A stretch of DNA of 64,000 bases, taken from contig OZ281498.1 of NCBI GenBank assembly GCA_965637545.1, positions 2,046,001 through 2,110,000 on the forward strand, read 5' to 3'. This stretch comes from Phallusia mammillata (taxonomy: Eukaryota). Both the position numbers and the translations under genes were made by a program. Within the stretch, counting starts at the first letter, position 1; every line of letters begins with the position of its first letter. The notes beneath the pieces are model-generated. The model had not been told where the DNA came from, made no database searches, and saw nothing but the letters and a program-made list of their open reading frames with translations. Positions 36,701 through 48,400 of this stretch are shown here, one piece after another.

Positions 36701-39700
36701 TTTTCAGGTGGTACGCGAGTAGCTTCCGCTTTTTTCACAAAAACCTGGATTTACAACTTTATATTTTGTTTATCTGATTTTGCTTACAAAAAATATTCTC
36801 CAAGCTTCTTCTTATTGTTATACGTAACTATTCCTGTTGTTTCGTATCATTACGATCTTCAAAATACAGGTTATGTCAATTGTCAATAAGAAACACAACT
36901 GCTTTGAAAAACCGTAAATGCTGTGGGACAGTGGGCATTAATTATGTCGAATGATTGCTCTTGATAGATATCATCTACTATTTTATAGCTTAAGCTACAA
37001 ATAGCGTTGAATAATGCTAGTGTTGTAAGCTAAAAATAGATCAGGATAAAATGTTCAATAACGGTTACGTATGAAGACGTAGTTTATGCTTCGTAGTAGT
37101 GCATAGGAATGTGAGCAGATATTTTCCGTCACGATGATCATCAAGTCAAAAATTTGAAACCGACTAGGTGCGCCGGGAAATGACTTTCGATGCGTTGCAA
37201 GTTTACACCGCGCATCGACCAATTGGTGGACAGTAAACAAAAATCTCATTAAATTTCGTTGTGGTGCTTTAGTGTTATTTTAGTAGGCCAATATTATTCT
37301 TCTGAATAAAATATGATTCGATCAAATTAGTTGTTCTGCAAGAAGTGGTACGTGGCAGTACAGAGCGTCCAAGTGGTACGAGATCGCAAAAAGGTTGGGA
37401 ACCCCTGATTTATAGGTTGCAAACATATCAAGGTTCGGGTCAAAGGTCAAAATGTACTATTTTGTTTAAATTGTACGTTTTTATCTCGGAAAAACAACTA
37501 ATGGTACATTGAAATTTTCAACATTCTCGTATGCAGTAATGTGTTGTCAAACAAAAGAAATGTCCCCTAGCTACCTTTTACACGTTGCAAACAGACCTAT
37601 GTTCAGGCAAAAACAAAATGTCCTATTTTGTTTGCATTGTCTGCAATATTTAGGCAAGTCAATTTATACATATTAAACTTTTTCAACAATCCGAAAGATA
37701 CTAACGTTTCTGCAAAGGCTAAAATGTTCTATTTTGTTTAAATTTTCTGTTAAATTTAATGAAATAAACTTATTTGTGGCATATTTACCTTTTTATCAGT
37801 GATAAAAATAAGTTAACAATATTTTGCCAAAAGGAAACATTTATTTGGTTAGACTCTCTGTAATATGCAGACAAACAATCTGAAAGGAGTGTGTTAAACT
37901 TTTCATGCAGTAATACTTGGACAAATAGCAAAATGTCGAAATTTGCTTGGACTTTCTGTTATTACACACAAATATTAGAATCTTACCGTTTGACATTCCC
38001 GGAGGTTTTCGCTTCTCTATGATGTACCACGTGTACATAGCCTTCTTCTTCTGTCCGCTAATATCTTGGGGTTGGGCAAGCCACTGTGAGATGTAACTCT
38101 GACTGATCGCTGTAACGAAAACATGCAGGTTGAAAACATCAAGGGGAAAAGCTGCTGTCGCAGAAGTTGTAAGCAGCAAAAGTTTCTTACGACCTAAATT
38201 TGGCACATCAAACTTTAGTCTGCTTTTCATTCTCCCCAAAACACGGCAGAGAAATCATCTTTCATTGGTTGTTTTCATAAGTACAAGCAAATTTACCACG
38301 AAAATATAATCACTACATGGGTATTTATGTGCAGTTATAGTTTGACAAAAAGAAATAAATTAGTCAAAAAACTCAAAGACTTGCAATAAAACGTTTTGTT
38401 TTTGTTCAACGAACTTAGTTTTGCGATCAAATTTAAACTTTTTATGAGTTCATCTGCACTTAACAAAGAGGGATTGTTAAGTGAGACTTGATTGCGGATC
38501 TCAAATAATCCAACCAACAAATGCCGAGGTTTAGTTAAAACCATCATCACATTTTGCGGCAAAAAACTTATTGGATTCAATCTTAAGCCGCGTTAAGTAA
38601 TGTCAGTGGCGTGTTTTATGGTGAAGTTAAACCAGAAAATATCAGAGGGCAAGTGGAGCCGTTAGATTAACCTTAAATTTACTATCCAGAAATACGGTAC
38701 TTCGTTCATTAAAATTTTCAAAAAAATATGAGATTAGTTTTCTGACTTAGAAAAATACAAAACAATCAGTAAAATTTAGGTCCAAGAAAAACTGTTTATT
38801 ACATATGGTTTAATAAAAATGGTGAACGGCTTTATGATTCAATTTACACAACATTTTCTTTTGAGAATTTCCCAGAAACTAAAGATTAACCACGGCAGAC
38901 GGCATGGAATTTTAATTTTCAGTGGGAAAACGCAATCCACAATGATTCGTGTTGTTTACCGCCCAAAATAAAACACACGAACATGGAATCAAGTGCATTT
39001 ACCACAATCCAGCCGCAGCAGTCACCAAATGCTCAAGAAGGTAGCAAGCTTTTAAAGGTCATGAAGAAGCGTTACAAGGTCATGAACCAACCAGGTAAAA
39101 AGCGAAAAGAGAATAACAATTCTTTTGTGGGTTTTGCTACCGCGAACACAGCTCTTGTTATTCATTCATTTATTTATTTCGTTCACGCGCAGTAAGTAAT
39201 CGGTTACGTATGTACATTCAAATTGCAACGGCGCAAACAAAAATGGATCAGCTGGAGCCACTAGTGGCCATTACAAGTAGCTGACCCTATCTATTTAAAC
39301 GGTTGAATATGATACTTTTAAACAAGGAATAAACAAGAAAAGAAGGCAATAAAGGACACAATAAAGTTTGAAAAATAGTGATAAATTCTGCACATGAAAA
39401 TCTCAAGTCATTGTGAAGCGTTGTGAGTATAAGAGAAGTCTCACGAGGCAAAGCGTCACAGCAGACTAGGTCACAGCAATTTCCTCGCAGCAATATTCGA
39501 TTGATTACGTGCAAGGCGGGGTAATTAGCACAGGAATTTTGGGACCAATTAAGACAAAACACCCCGTGGAATGTAAACACAGGACCTCGTGGTGCTACAT
39601 TACATAATGTGCCAGTGAGCATACCTGTGGCTGTGGGTTTAGGAATATGTTGCAATGAGGAAAAACCTTAAATTACGCTTGAATACTGTGAATCCGGTTT

Positions 39701-42700
39701 TGGTATCTGTAATCTTAATGGGTAGTTTGTTCCATACCTTGGCACATTTGTATCTAAGTGTATGTTGGCCGCGACTTGTGGAAACACTTGGGACAAAAAA
39801 GTGTTGTTTTAAAGCGCCTCTTGTTGCATGCTTATGTATGGACGATGTGTAGGTGAAGAAGTCATCAAAAACTGGCGGTAATGTTACGTCAATGTTCTCT
39901 ATTATAACGCGACTAACAAATGCTACAGAAGCCGCTAAGGTCATTTTCGACTCGGAGAACAAATTTATCACTGCATATTTGCCACCATCCCGCTGTTAGA
40001 ACCATCGAATGTGATTACCAAGCTCGTAAGATATTAAAGAGCAAATATCAATGATCGCATTCCACAATACCTTCAGTTGCTAATTGTTACGTCATAATGG
40101 CAATAACAATGAAAACAGCGATGTTAGTATTAATTTAAACCAATTTAACTACTAATCAAACTTGCACGTCGACATTAACTTCAGGTCACGACAAGGTCAT
40201 ATTACGTAACAATCGTTTAACGCGAGATTCCATGCCGCCATTATTAAGTAGTAAGTGAATATGGTGGCGTGTGTTACGAGCCAAGCGGCTTTTATCATTA
40301 AACTCAGACATAAAATATTAAACGCGGTGCTCAATTAAAATATCACATGGTGGCGCAACTCCTGTGTTGCCATGCCAACGCGATGTGGCACTAAATACTA
40401 AGTTATTTGCGGCAAATCTCGGTTGCCATGCAACGATAACGTCAGTAGCTACCGAAAAGTATTTATTTTACGTTATTCCAAGTGGAATAAATGACTTGTC
40501 AAAGCGGTTTTCGGGCATTGAAATGAAACAAACGACTTGCAGCCGGGTTTGCTAACAACAACAAACCATATTAGCGTGGCCGACTTCGAGTAACGTGAAA
40601 ATGAGGTTGTTTAGATATAATATTTTTGGGTTTGAGCTTCCATTTTAGGACTACAAGAGTAGTAAAGTACACGCATGTGATAAATCGACATTTTGTGAGT
40701 TTAACGTCGTTAGTTGGTCCAACATTGTTCAAAATGAATGATCAATTTGCAGGAAGAAGAATTCAATCAATTTTGGAAAAAGCAATTCCAGCCTTTTCTA
40801 TTTAAGGAACTGGAAACGAAATCCATTGGAACATTTAAGGCTAATAATTATCAAGTCGTGCTCGCAAAGTTCGACGCAAAAATCATTACTAGTCGGGAGT
40901 TTTGGTAATTAGCGCTTTGCAATGTTGCGCAAGCTCAAATAACCGACGATAAGAAGTAATTTACCGATTCCTATCATTGATCTTGGCTGAAAACGAAAAC
41001 AGCGAAAAAACGATTACCTGTGGACTAGCACTAGCAGTACCAAGTACGTCGGCTTATAAACTATAAAAATGTAACTGAAATTTTTAGATTGTCGCAAATA
41101 ACACACTGATAAAATTATGATAGCGTAAATAGCAATTTTTCTGCGCCCGCGGCAAGCACATGATTTTCAAGATATTTTTAACAACTGACTGTTGTTATAC
41201 CGAAAAAATGCCAGGGACCTCGTGTATAGTGAATGCATTAGATTACAGCCGTTTAAAAAAACTGACACTTTTCTTTGTTGATGTACACAGTCACCATTGA
41301 AACGTATGAAATAATTGCAAAATACATTGTTATTATTATAAGGGCAACTATAAACGCATCGAGGCAATACATGGTAAACAAGATGCAGACAGGTTGTCAA
41401 CTGTGCTTGATACGATTTCAAAAGAATAACAGATAGCTCTCAAATATTTTATGTTACAAGGAACTTGCTTACTATTAATGCACGCCTTTTCCAACTATAA
41501 GCCTCACCAGTGCAGCTAGTGACAAGGCATTGGCTATATAAGCACATACGGTCAATGTCTTGTCACCAGCTGCACTGGTGAGACCTTACGGGTCGAAACA
41601 GTGTGCACTGATAGTAAATATACTCCCTTAAACATAAAATCTTTATTTACTTGTTGTACTTTTCAAGTCAATGTTGATTTGGTTTCTCTTAAATAAGGTT
41701 TATTAAGTCTAGAGTACAAACACCGAGTATTTTTGACCGCAAAAATACTTTACAAGCAAAAGTCGAAAAAATCTTTTCGGTTTTGATCGTTTGATCGATT
41801 TATTTTGAAATATTAGCAATAATCAATTCTCACCATTTCTAGTCGCTTTAGCAATGGACGATTGCGAGATGTGACGTTCACTGATGAACTTCCTGATGTC
41901 TTCCTTCACCGAGGCTTGATCTCTCCTGAACAGTTCATCCAACTCTTCACTGATGTCAACCTTCTCCCCGTCAATCTCCACAACTGTGCTCCCGTTCCCG
42001 CCAGAAGTCGCGGTGGCGCGCAACATGCCTATGACGTCACAATCAGGTAAATCACACGTCACAAAGAAAAGACGCTTTGGTAGATAGTTTTCTTAGGTTT
42101 TAAGACACATAAGTTTTAAAAATACGGTATAGAATAAATAAGAAAATAAAGTAGTCTCACTAGAAACGAAATTACCTATGCCTATAAAGTCGAATAAAAC
42201 TGCTCATCTCATCGTTTCGACAAAAAATCCCAGTATCAGCGAAACATCGCTAGTCAAGTCACATAACGCGTTTTAACATAATGCGTGACAGAAAGTTGTA
42301 AGCTGAATTTCATTTTACAGACAATAAAATTGAATAAGACTTCATTCTTGCACAGTTTATGTATGTGTATATTTTTTTTAAAGTTTATGTATATTTTTTA
42401 ATTTTTAATAATTTAATTTCATCAAAGTAAGATGCATGTTCAGTTTCTTATTTAAACAGAACTATATTTTATCGGCAATCATGTTCCTAATTCAACTAGT
42501 TTTTCAGCCGTTTCACAAATATAGCAGGATTTAATAAACTCCTTACCTCTGTTGTTGAGAAGCGCAGGGTAGTGAGGGACAGTCCCGTGAGCGAAACCGT
42601 TTTGCAGCAGGCTGGCGGCGGTCGCCACGGCAACGGCTTGTGACGTGTTGGGCCACTGAGCGACGGGAGGCAGCAATGAAAGCTGGTTCGGGTTCTGAAC

Positions 42701-45405
42701 GAGAAAAGGTATTTCCGTTGTCAAATATATGTTTTTTATAGACACCAAAAGCAAAGTTGTTTACAATAGATGCTGAGTTTATTTTGCTCGGTGAAAGAAC
42801 TCGCGACACAATTACACCCATCAAGTTTATAGAGCTCTTCTGGCAATTGTATTTTTATTCCGACGTTTCGACGTCTTATACAGGTCGTCTTCATCAGGGT
42901 AAATAACACTGAATGTGTGTAGTACAGTGCACGATAAACAAAGCAGCACAATATACGCTAAAAGTGTAGTTTTAGGCCAACGACTTCATTGCGAAATTAA
43001 TTTGCACCACAACAATATCAAGTTTTGTCTGACCTGTAGGTGAGTCCCGAACATGAGAGGGTTAGCCTGGCCGATGTGATGTGGAAGGCTGGTGTTTAAT
43101 TTCACCTGCAAAGAAAGGAACGAATCATCACAAATTCATGAGTTGGTAACTTGAGCGCTCAACAGACGGCGCGCGGGCTTCGATAGCTACGCGAAATTAT
43201 AAATGAGGGGAAATTGACATTTTGGCCCCAAATAAATAATATACCTCGCATTAATAAGTTGATGGGATAAGAACGTGGAGGGATAAACATAAGCTTTAAT
43301 GTAAATGTTGCTTTTTAAATTAATTTATTTTGCGAATTTACTTTACAATAAGGGAATTTGTACGCTTTACTGCCTTATTACGGGAATGGTGAATTTAAAA
43401 TATAATCTACAAAGTTATGCTTTATGCTATTTATGTATTTTGTGCATAGGTTTAATCCGAACCAAGCTATGAGCAATTCCAGGAAGTTGAAACAGCAACC
43501 AGGCAACCAATATTTCATCCAATCACAAAGCAGCAGCTAATTACTGATTTTTCTTATCGCTAAGTGATTCATATGTGAATAGTAAGGTCATCAAAATATA
43601 GGTATTCTATTTAGAACAATAGACGCCTTGTGACGCATAACTGGGCATTGTTGCTGGTTTCAGGATCGGTTATACCGTCACAAAAAGGAACAGTTTTAAA
43701 AGTCGGTTGCCAAACTGTAAAATTAATTTAATCATTGTTCAAGAAATACTTAACACAAAAACGGGCATTATCATTCGTTTTAAAAACACCAGACCTAGTT
43801 GCAGTGTACCTTGAACAAATTACAAAACTGCCAGGGAATTCGTGTATAGTGAATACTGTATATGTTATTGCAAACTTTTTTAGCAATCTAAAAGCATCGC
43901 AACAAACTGGCGTGTTGTTATATGGCTACACTAGCCAATGCGACCTATGCCTTATCACCAGCTGCACTGGTTATAGGTCGAAACAGTGTGCACTGTCTGC
44001 AGCTTTCAGTATTAGTTTCTGTACAGTTAAAAACATGGCGACATTAACCAGGCATAATGTACAACATTTTTTTAGCTATTCCAGCAGTCTTAAACAACAA
44101 TGTCGGCGCGCGAAGACATAACGAAATTGCCAACTAATACTTTATACACTGTATTCTGTATCAGATATTCTTACATGATGTGGTGGAGACTGGGGGCTGA
44201 TGCTTCTCCTCTGATACTCGGCAGATTCTTTGACGTGGTTTACCGTCGACCCCATTTGTGCACCCCCGTTCGTCGTAGGGGCATTCCCGTTGCTGCTGGA
44301 TGGGGAGGTCCCGTTTACGATTCCGCTCAGGTTGGAGACGACGCTGCAAGACAAACGAATAAATCAATTGTACGTCATAAAGGTTTTATGACATGTGATT
44401 ATTTGACCCGGTAAACGTGTTTAAAAAAACTCTGACAGTGGTCGTTTGGGAGAAATTAAGAAATATGTTCAAAAAGTATTAGAGAAAAGATAAAGCAAAA
44501 TATTTGCATATATCCCACATTTTTTTGAAGTGGGTTTCTCCGGGAATATTATAAGTTTCACGTGATGATGGGTTATATTCAAACTAATAGGGTTGAAAAA
44601 TCGGAATCGGTTTTGGTAGTTATGCCAGAAGCAAAAGCATGAGTTGAACTGAGCCCATTCGGCGTATTCATGAGATAATGCGATTTACACGCTAAAGCTA
44701 AAGCTGTTATTGAGTATTATTAACTTGAACAAATAGACGGTGTTAGTTGCTTGAAGCAAATGTTGTTGAATTTGACAAAACTGCCTGCAGCATATCTACG
44801 TACGCGGTGAATCTGTTGTGGTGAGAATGCGTTACCCTGTGGCCTTAAACCGAAATAAAGGATTTTTCTACTTTCTAAAAGAGACTACGCCATTGTCGAA
44901 ACAATTTAAATTGAAAAAGCAATTGAATGAAACATAACAAAAACAACAACAAAGATTTCTAATTAGGCGCCCATTTGCTTTGTATGCGTTTATCAGTAGT
45001 CATATCGAATCGTCCTTATTTTTTGAAGCAAACTTGAAGTTCTTTATGGATTTTAACCCGAATAATCCAGTTTTTAACTGGTTTAAGCCGCTTTTGCCTA
45101 CTACCGATCTATCAAAACACTTTATTTTTTTTTTAAAGTCAAAACAAACAAAAGATGCGCCGTTTTAAATTTCGGTTTACAAGGCCAGTAAGAAAACTCT
45201 TATTGTGTAAAAATTTCTGCTACCTTGTTCCAGGGCTTCCAAGACCAGCATCGTCCAGTTTTTCAATCTCTTCCAGACCTCGTATGATTTGGTCTTTGGT
45301 CAGCCCGCTCTGTTTAAGTTTCTGCAGCAGCATGATCTGACTGACCGTGAACTTTGGTGTCTCCTGATCGTCCATGTTCGAACGTGTTGATTTATTGTCG
45401 TGCAT
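21762..45405 (-). CDS. HMBOX1: Homeobox-containing protein 1 (HNF class), about 563 aa, 11 coding exons
   Basis: Exons 45405-45224, 44343-44175, 43105-43034, 42694-42547, 42028-41834, 38109-37987, 29173-29080, 27769-27642, 23962-23867, 22668-22538, 22115-21762; phase-matched (1692 nt). Contains the N-terminal FTVSQIMLLQKLKQSGLTKDQII motif, a POU-like domain (KEDIRKFISERHISQSSIAKATRNAISQSYISQWL), an atypical homeodomain (RFTWPKECLSILENYY...SDLDKVTTVKVYNWFANRRK) and the HMBOX1-type LALEMAAVNHSILAL motif. Confidence 0.95.
22205..22383. mobile_element. hAT-type MITE, 179 bp (family also at 56059-56237 and 59944-60108)
   Basis: TIR CAGTGGTG(G)GATT / AATCTCACCACTG; flanks CGTATAAC / CGTACAGC; internal AACCGG/CCGGTT motifs. 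Confidence 0.88.
30725..30899. mobile_element. hAT-type MITE, 175 bp
   Basis: Ends CAGTGTTTTTTTTAAGG / CCTTAAAACAAAACCTG; flanks CTTCTAGG / CTTGTAGG (7 of 8 match). Confidence 0.75.
34982..35337. mobile_element. hAT-type MITE, 356 bp, with poly-C run
   Basis: Ends CAGTGGTTCTTA / TGAGAACCAATG; partially matching flanks CACTAGTC / CACTGGAA. Confidence 0.75.
36652..37407. mobile_element. Non-autonomous hAT (Buster/Charlie-type) element, 756 bp
   Basis: TIR CAGGTGTTCCCAACCT / AGGTTGGGAACCCCTG; exact TSD ATTTATAG; subterminal GTGGTACG repeats. Confidence 0.93.
39160..39890 (-). mobile_element. 5'-truncated non-LTR retrotransposon (CR1/L2-group) 3' end
   Basis: LPPVFDDFFTYTSSIHKHATRG...FVPSVSTSRGQHTLRYKCAKVWNKLPIKI...FKRNLRFFLIATYS* (stop 39639) is a typical CR1/L2-group ORF2 C-terminus. 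It is followed by about 450 nt of 3' UTR, a terminal stem-loop (GGGTCAGCT...GGCCACTAGTGGCT..AGCTGATCC) and a (TAAA/TGAA)n tail. Confidence 0.88.
41479..41607. mobile_element. Palindromic Penelope-like remnant carrying hammerhead-like motifs in inverted orientation
   Basis: 30-bp inverted arms at 41503-41532 and 41553-41582. Plus strand TGCA-CTGGTGA-GACC-ttacg-GGTC-GAAAC-A-GTG-TGCA at 41571-41607; a decayed mirror copy lies on the minus strand. Confidence 0.7.
42855..42908 (-). ncRNA. Minimal type I hammerhead ribozyme within a Penelope-like pLTR remnant (about 42770-42950)
   Basis: Minus strand reads TTATT(TA)CC-CTGATGA-A-GACG-acctgtataaga-CGTC-GAAAC-GTC-GGAATAA: intact core, 4-bp stem II, palindromic ACGT stem III, GUC cleavage triplet and stem I. 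Confidence 0.85.
43936..43996 (+). mobile_element. Second, partly deleted copy of the 41479-41607 family
   Basis: TCACCAGCTGCACTGGT..AGGTCGAAACAGTGTGCACTG; the upstream GCCAGGGA..TCGTGTATAGTGAAT is also shared (41210 and 43830). Confidence 0.7.
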
Positions 45406-48400
45406 TCAACAACAGATGGGTTTTTGTATTGCGGGATTTCTAACCAGGTTTCTACACTACGCTGGTGGAATTTTACCCGGGAAAAAAGGGGGAATTTAGA
45501 CTCTAGAAAACGGAAAAAAATTGGGATGTATTTCAAAAATTCGTAGCTAGAGCAACAATCTAGTACCATCAGTCACTGCCTATTTCATTTTACTGTGACA
45601 ATGTACGCCCTTGTTACATCAATTAACGGTAAGTGCCAAAAACAGAAAATAGTCAAATAACAACAACTTAAATACAATTTACAAACAAACAAAAGACTCA
45701 AAGCAGATCGCACAAATAACATCTAGTTTCTGCAGTAGTTGCAATCGACAAGCGAAAGTTCGAAATGGCGCTTGCCTTTGAGCCAGACCGTAGCTATAAC
45801 AGCGCGTTAATGCGAGCCAGTTTTATCACAGGGAGAGACGCATCGTAAAACCGTCGCCTCTAATAGACGGATCGCGCAAACAAAATATGTATAAACACAA
45901 TAAATGAACAGGAAAATTGGATTCCACAATCCGTTCCTCACCATTAGGCCTCCATTGCTGACGGATGCCTTTTTATGGGTTTATTAGAAAACGATGATAA
46001 AGAAAAAGAATCAAAAGATTTTTGACTGACTTTATCATAAAATTACTAAAAAAATTCGGAACGGTGTTTTCGGATTGGTTTAACACTTTTATGATAATTA
46101 GGCTTAAATATATTGTACATAAAGCGAAATGCTCTAGTATTTATTGCTTTGACTGATAATAGTTAAACCTTTTGTACTGAAATGTCTTTTAAAAGAAAAC
46201 AAAATTCAGTTCAGTATGGTCCTGTCTTATTCTCCTAAGTAACAACAAAAACAAATTCGCAGAAAAAAAGTTTTACATGTTTACAAGTTTTCGTACGAGA
46301 AATAAAAATTTGAATGTGTTTTTTAGATGGGGAATACGACAACGTTACTACCTGTGTTTCACAAAATTTTGATCGATACCCCACAAATTAAACACAGGGG
46401 GCAGATAAAGGCGTCTGCACATGCGGTCGATACGACTTAACTTGCACCAAGACAAGTAACATAGATGTCTGCTGTCATTTAGTTACTGCTTGTTATTTAC
46501 CAACAACAGCAACAGTCGAACTTAATGTACGTGAAAACGTATTCCTTTACTGTTATATAAGTACAAGCATAAAAATGTAAGCTATTAAAAATGTACACAA
46601 GAACTTATATAAACCTAAAAACCCAAACATTTACTACCTTGTTAAATTGCCTGTAACATAATCCTATTGAACTTAAGGTTATAACAAAAAGTTACAGTTA
46701 CGATTAAATATGTTTGTAATAAATCAAAGCAGCAACAACAAGTCTGCAACAATAAGGCCAAGTTGTCGCAAACACATCACAAAAAATTGCCTGTAGTTCT
46801 GTTGTGCTTAGAAACAATAACAACAACAACAAACAAACAACCATATATAAATTCTCTGCTACACAAGCATTGTCAGCATTTTACAATATCCACTAAGCTC
46901 TAAATCCGATTAAATGCGCTCAAACCGGTCCCGCAACACGAGTAGGCAAAATTTTCTTCAGCTTATTGGCAAGGCTGCTCAAACAAAATCACAAATGATA
47001 GCAGCGCCATGTCAGAAAACAAGATATGCTATCTACATTTGGTATACCCTTGGGCTAACACCGAAGTTCTGTCTATTGCCAAATTGCTTGCCAATGAAAA
47101 TAGATCTAGCCAGAACTGTATTATGCAATCTTAGTTGATCGTTCTGTGATCGGGAAACAATTTTGAGTGCTCGAAAAACCAAGCAGGCTTTGCTGTCAGA
47201 TTCAAATGCATTATTTTAGCTTTATTCTAATTCAGCTTTAACACGTTAAAGCGATGAAAATGAAGTACCTAAACTTGGACAAGACATACCTGGTTAATGA
47301 CTAATTGTCCTGTGGCGATACTTTGAGCAAAAAATAGCCAAAAAACGGTTCATAAACTTTCCGTCACAGTCGATGTAAACGCAAACAACTGGAAACTGAC
47401 AAAAACTAATTCTTCGCATTTTAACTACACCAGGCAACATTAATGATTGTTGAATGACCGAGCAAAATAATGTGAGTCGTTCCAACCGCCAGCCAAACTG
47501 ATGAGCGACCACAGAGCAGTTCTGACCGAATTTCTTCCCTTCTAATTGTTCGGCCTCCGACGACAAACAAATACCACCCACAAGAAAGATTGTTATTAAC
47601 GCGCGTGCGATTATCATCATTACTGGACCAATCATGCGTTCACGATGGCTACTATTACGTCATAATAGCGAAGCACAGGTTTTAAACAGTGCGTGGTGGA
47701 ATTTGAGAACGATCATCTTGGAGACAGATAATTAAAATTGCCGCGTTTTGGTGTTTCAGGACCGCGCGCGCAATGCTAGGGACATTTGTTATGATTTTTA
47801 ATGAGCGTTTGGGCGAATGTAGGCTGTATACCTACGTTGAAGCGTAGGCAAGGTTTTGGTCTACGCAAAACGCCTGCTTTTTATCTTACACCTCGGGTAT
47901 AACGACAAGCAACCGAGCAAGAAAATCGGCTGCATTTGCCTCCACAGACAAGTTATTTGTGATTCGTAAGTCGTAAGCAGTCACGATTTTAGTTCAATTA
48001 CCTTGTCAAATCCATCTTCAAAACTTCTAGCGGTTTCAATTCTACAAAACCAACTTGTGTGGTGGATGATTCGGACGACACACTGATACAGAGGTAAAAA
48101 ACAACATCTCATTGCCAGGAATTGCTAACAATAACCGCTGCATTTACTGAGAAATATACTGAAGTGACACACCGATAATTACATGTGCATGTCGATTTTT
48201 AAGACTAATTTGGCAAATTACGATAAATATTGCGATCAGGAGATGTTTGTTGGTTTGGATAGTTAGCTAAGTGTAAACAAATCACTTTTCCAACCCTACT
48301 TAACTTGTGCTGCAGAACGGTTAATCAACACACTAGTCCTAATAAAAAGCGGCCTCAATTACTAATCACGGCACGAATATTAATCGAAACGTTTATTAAA

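Noticed and set aside
39566-39580. miR-1-like TGGAATGTAAA (also let-7-like TGAGGTAG at 12313 and 52522)
   Set aside because: Matches stop after 8-11 nt and there is no precursor hairpin.
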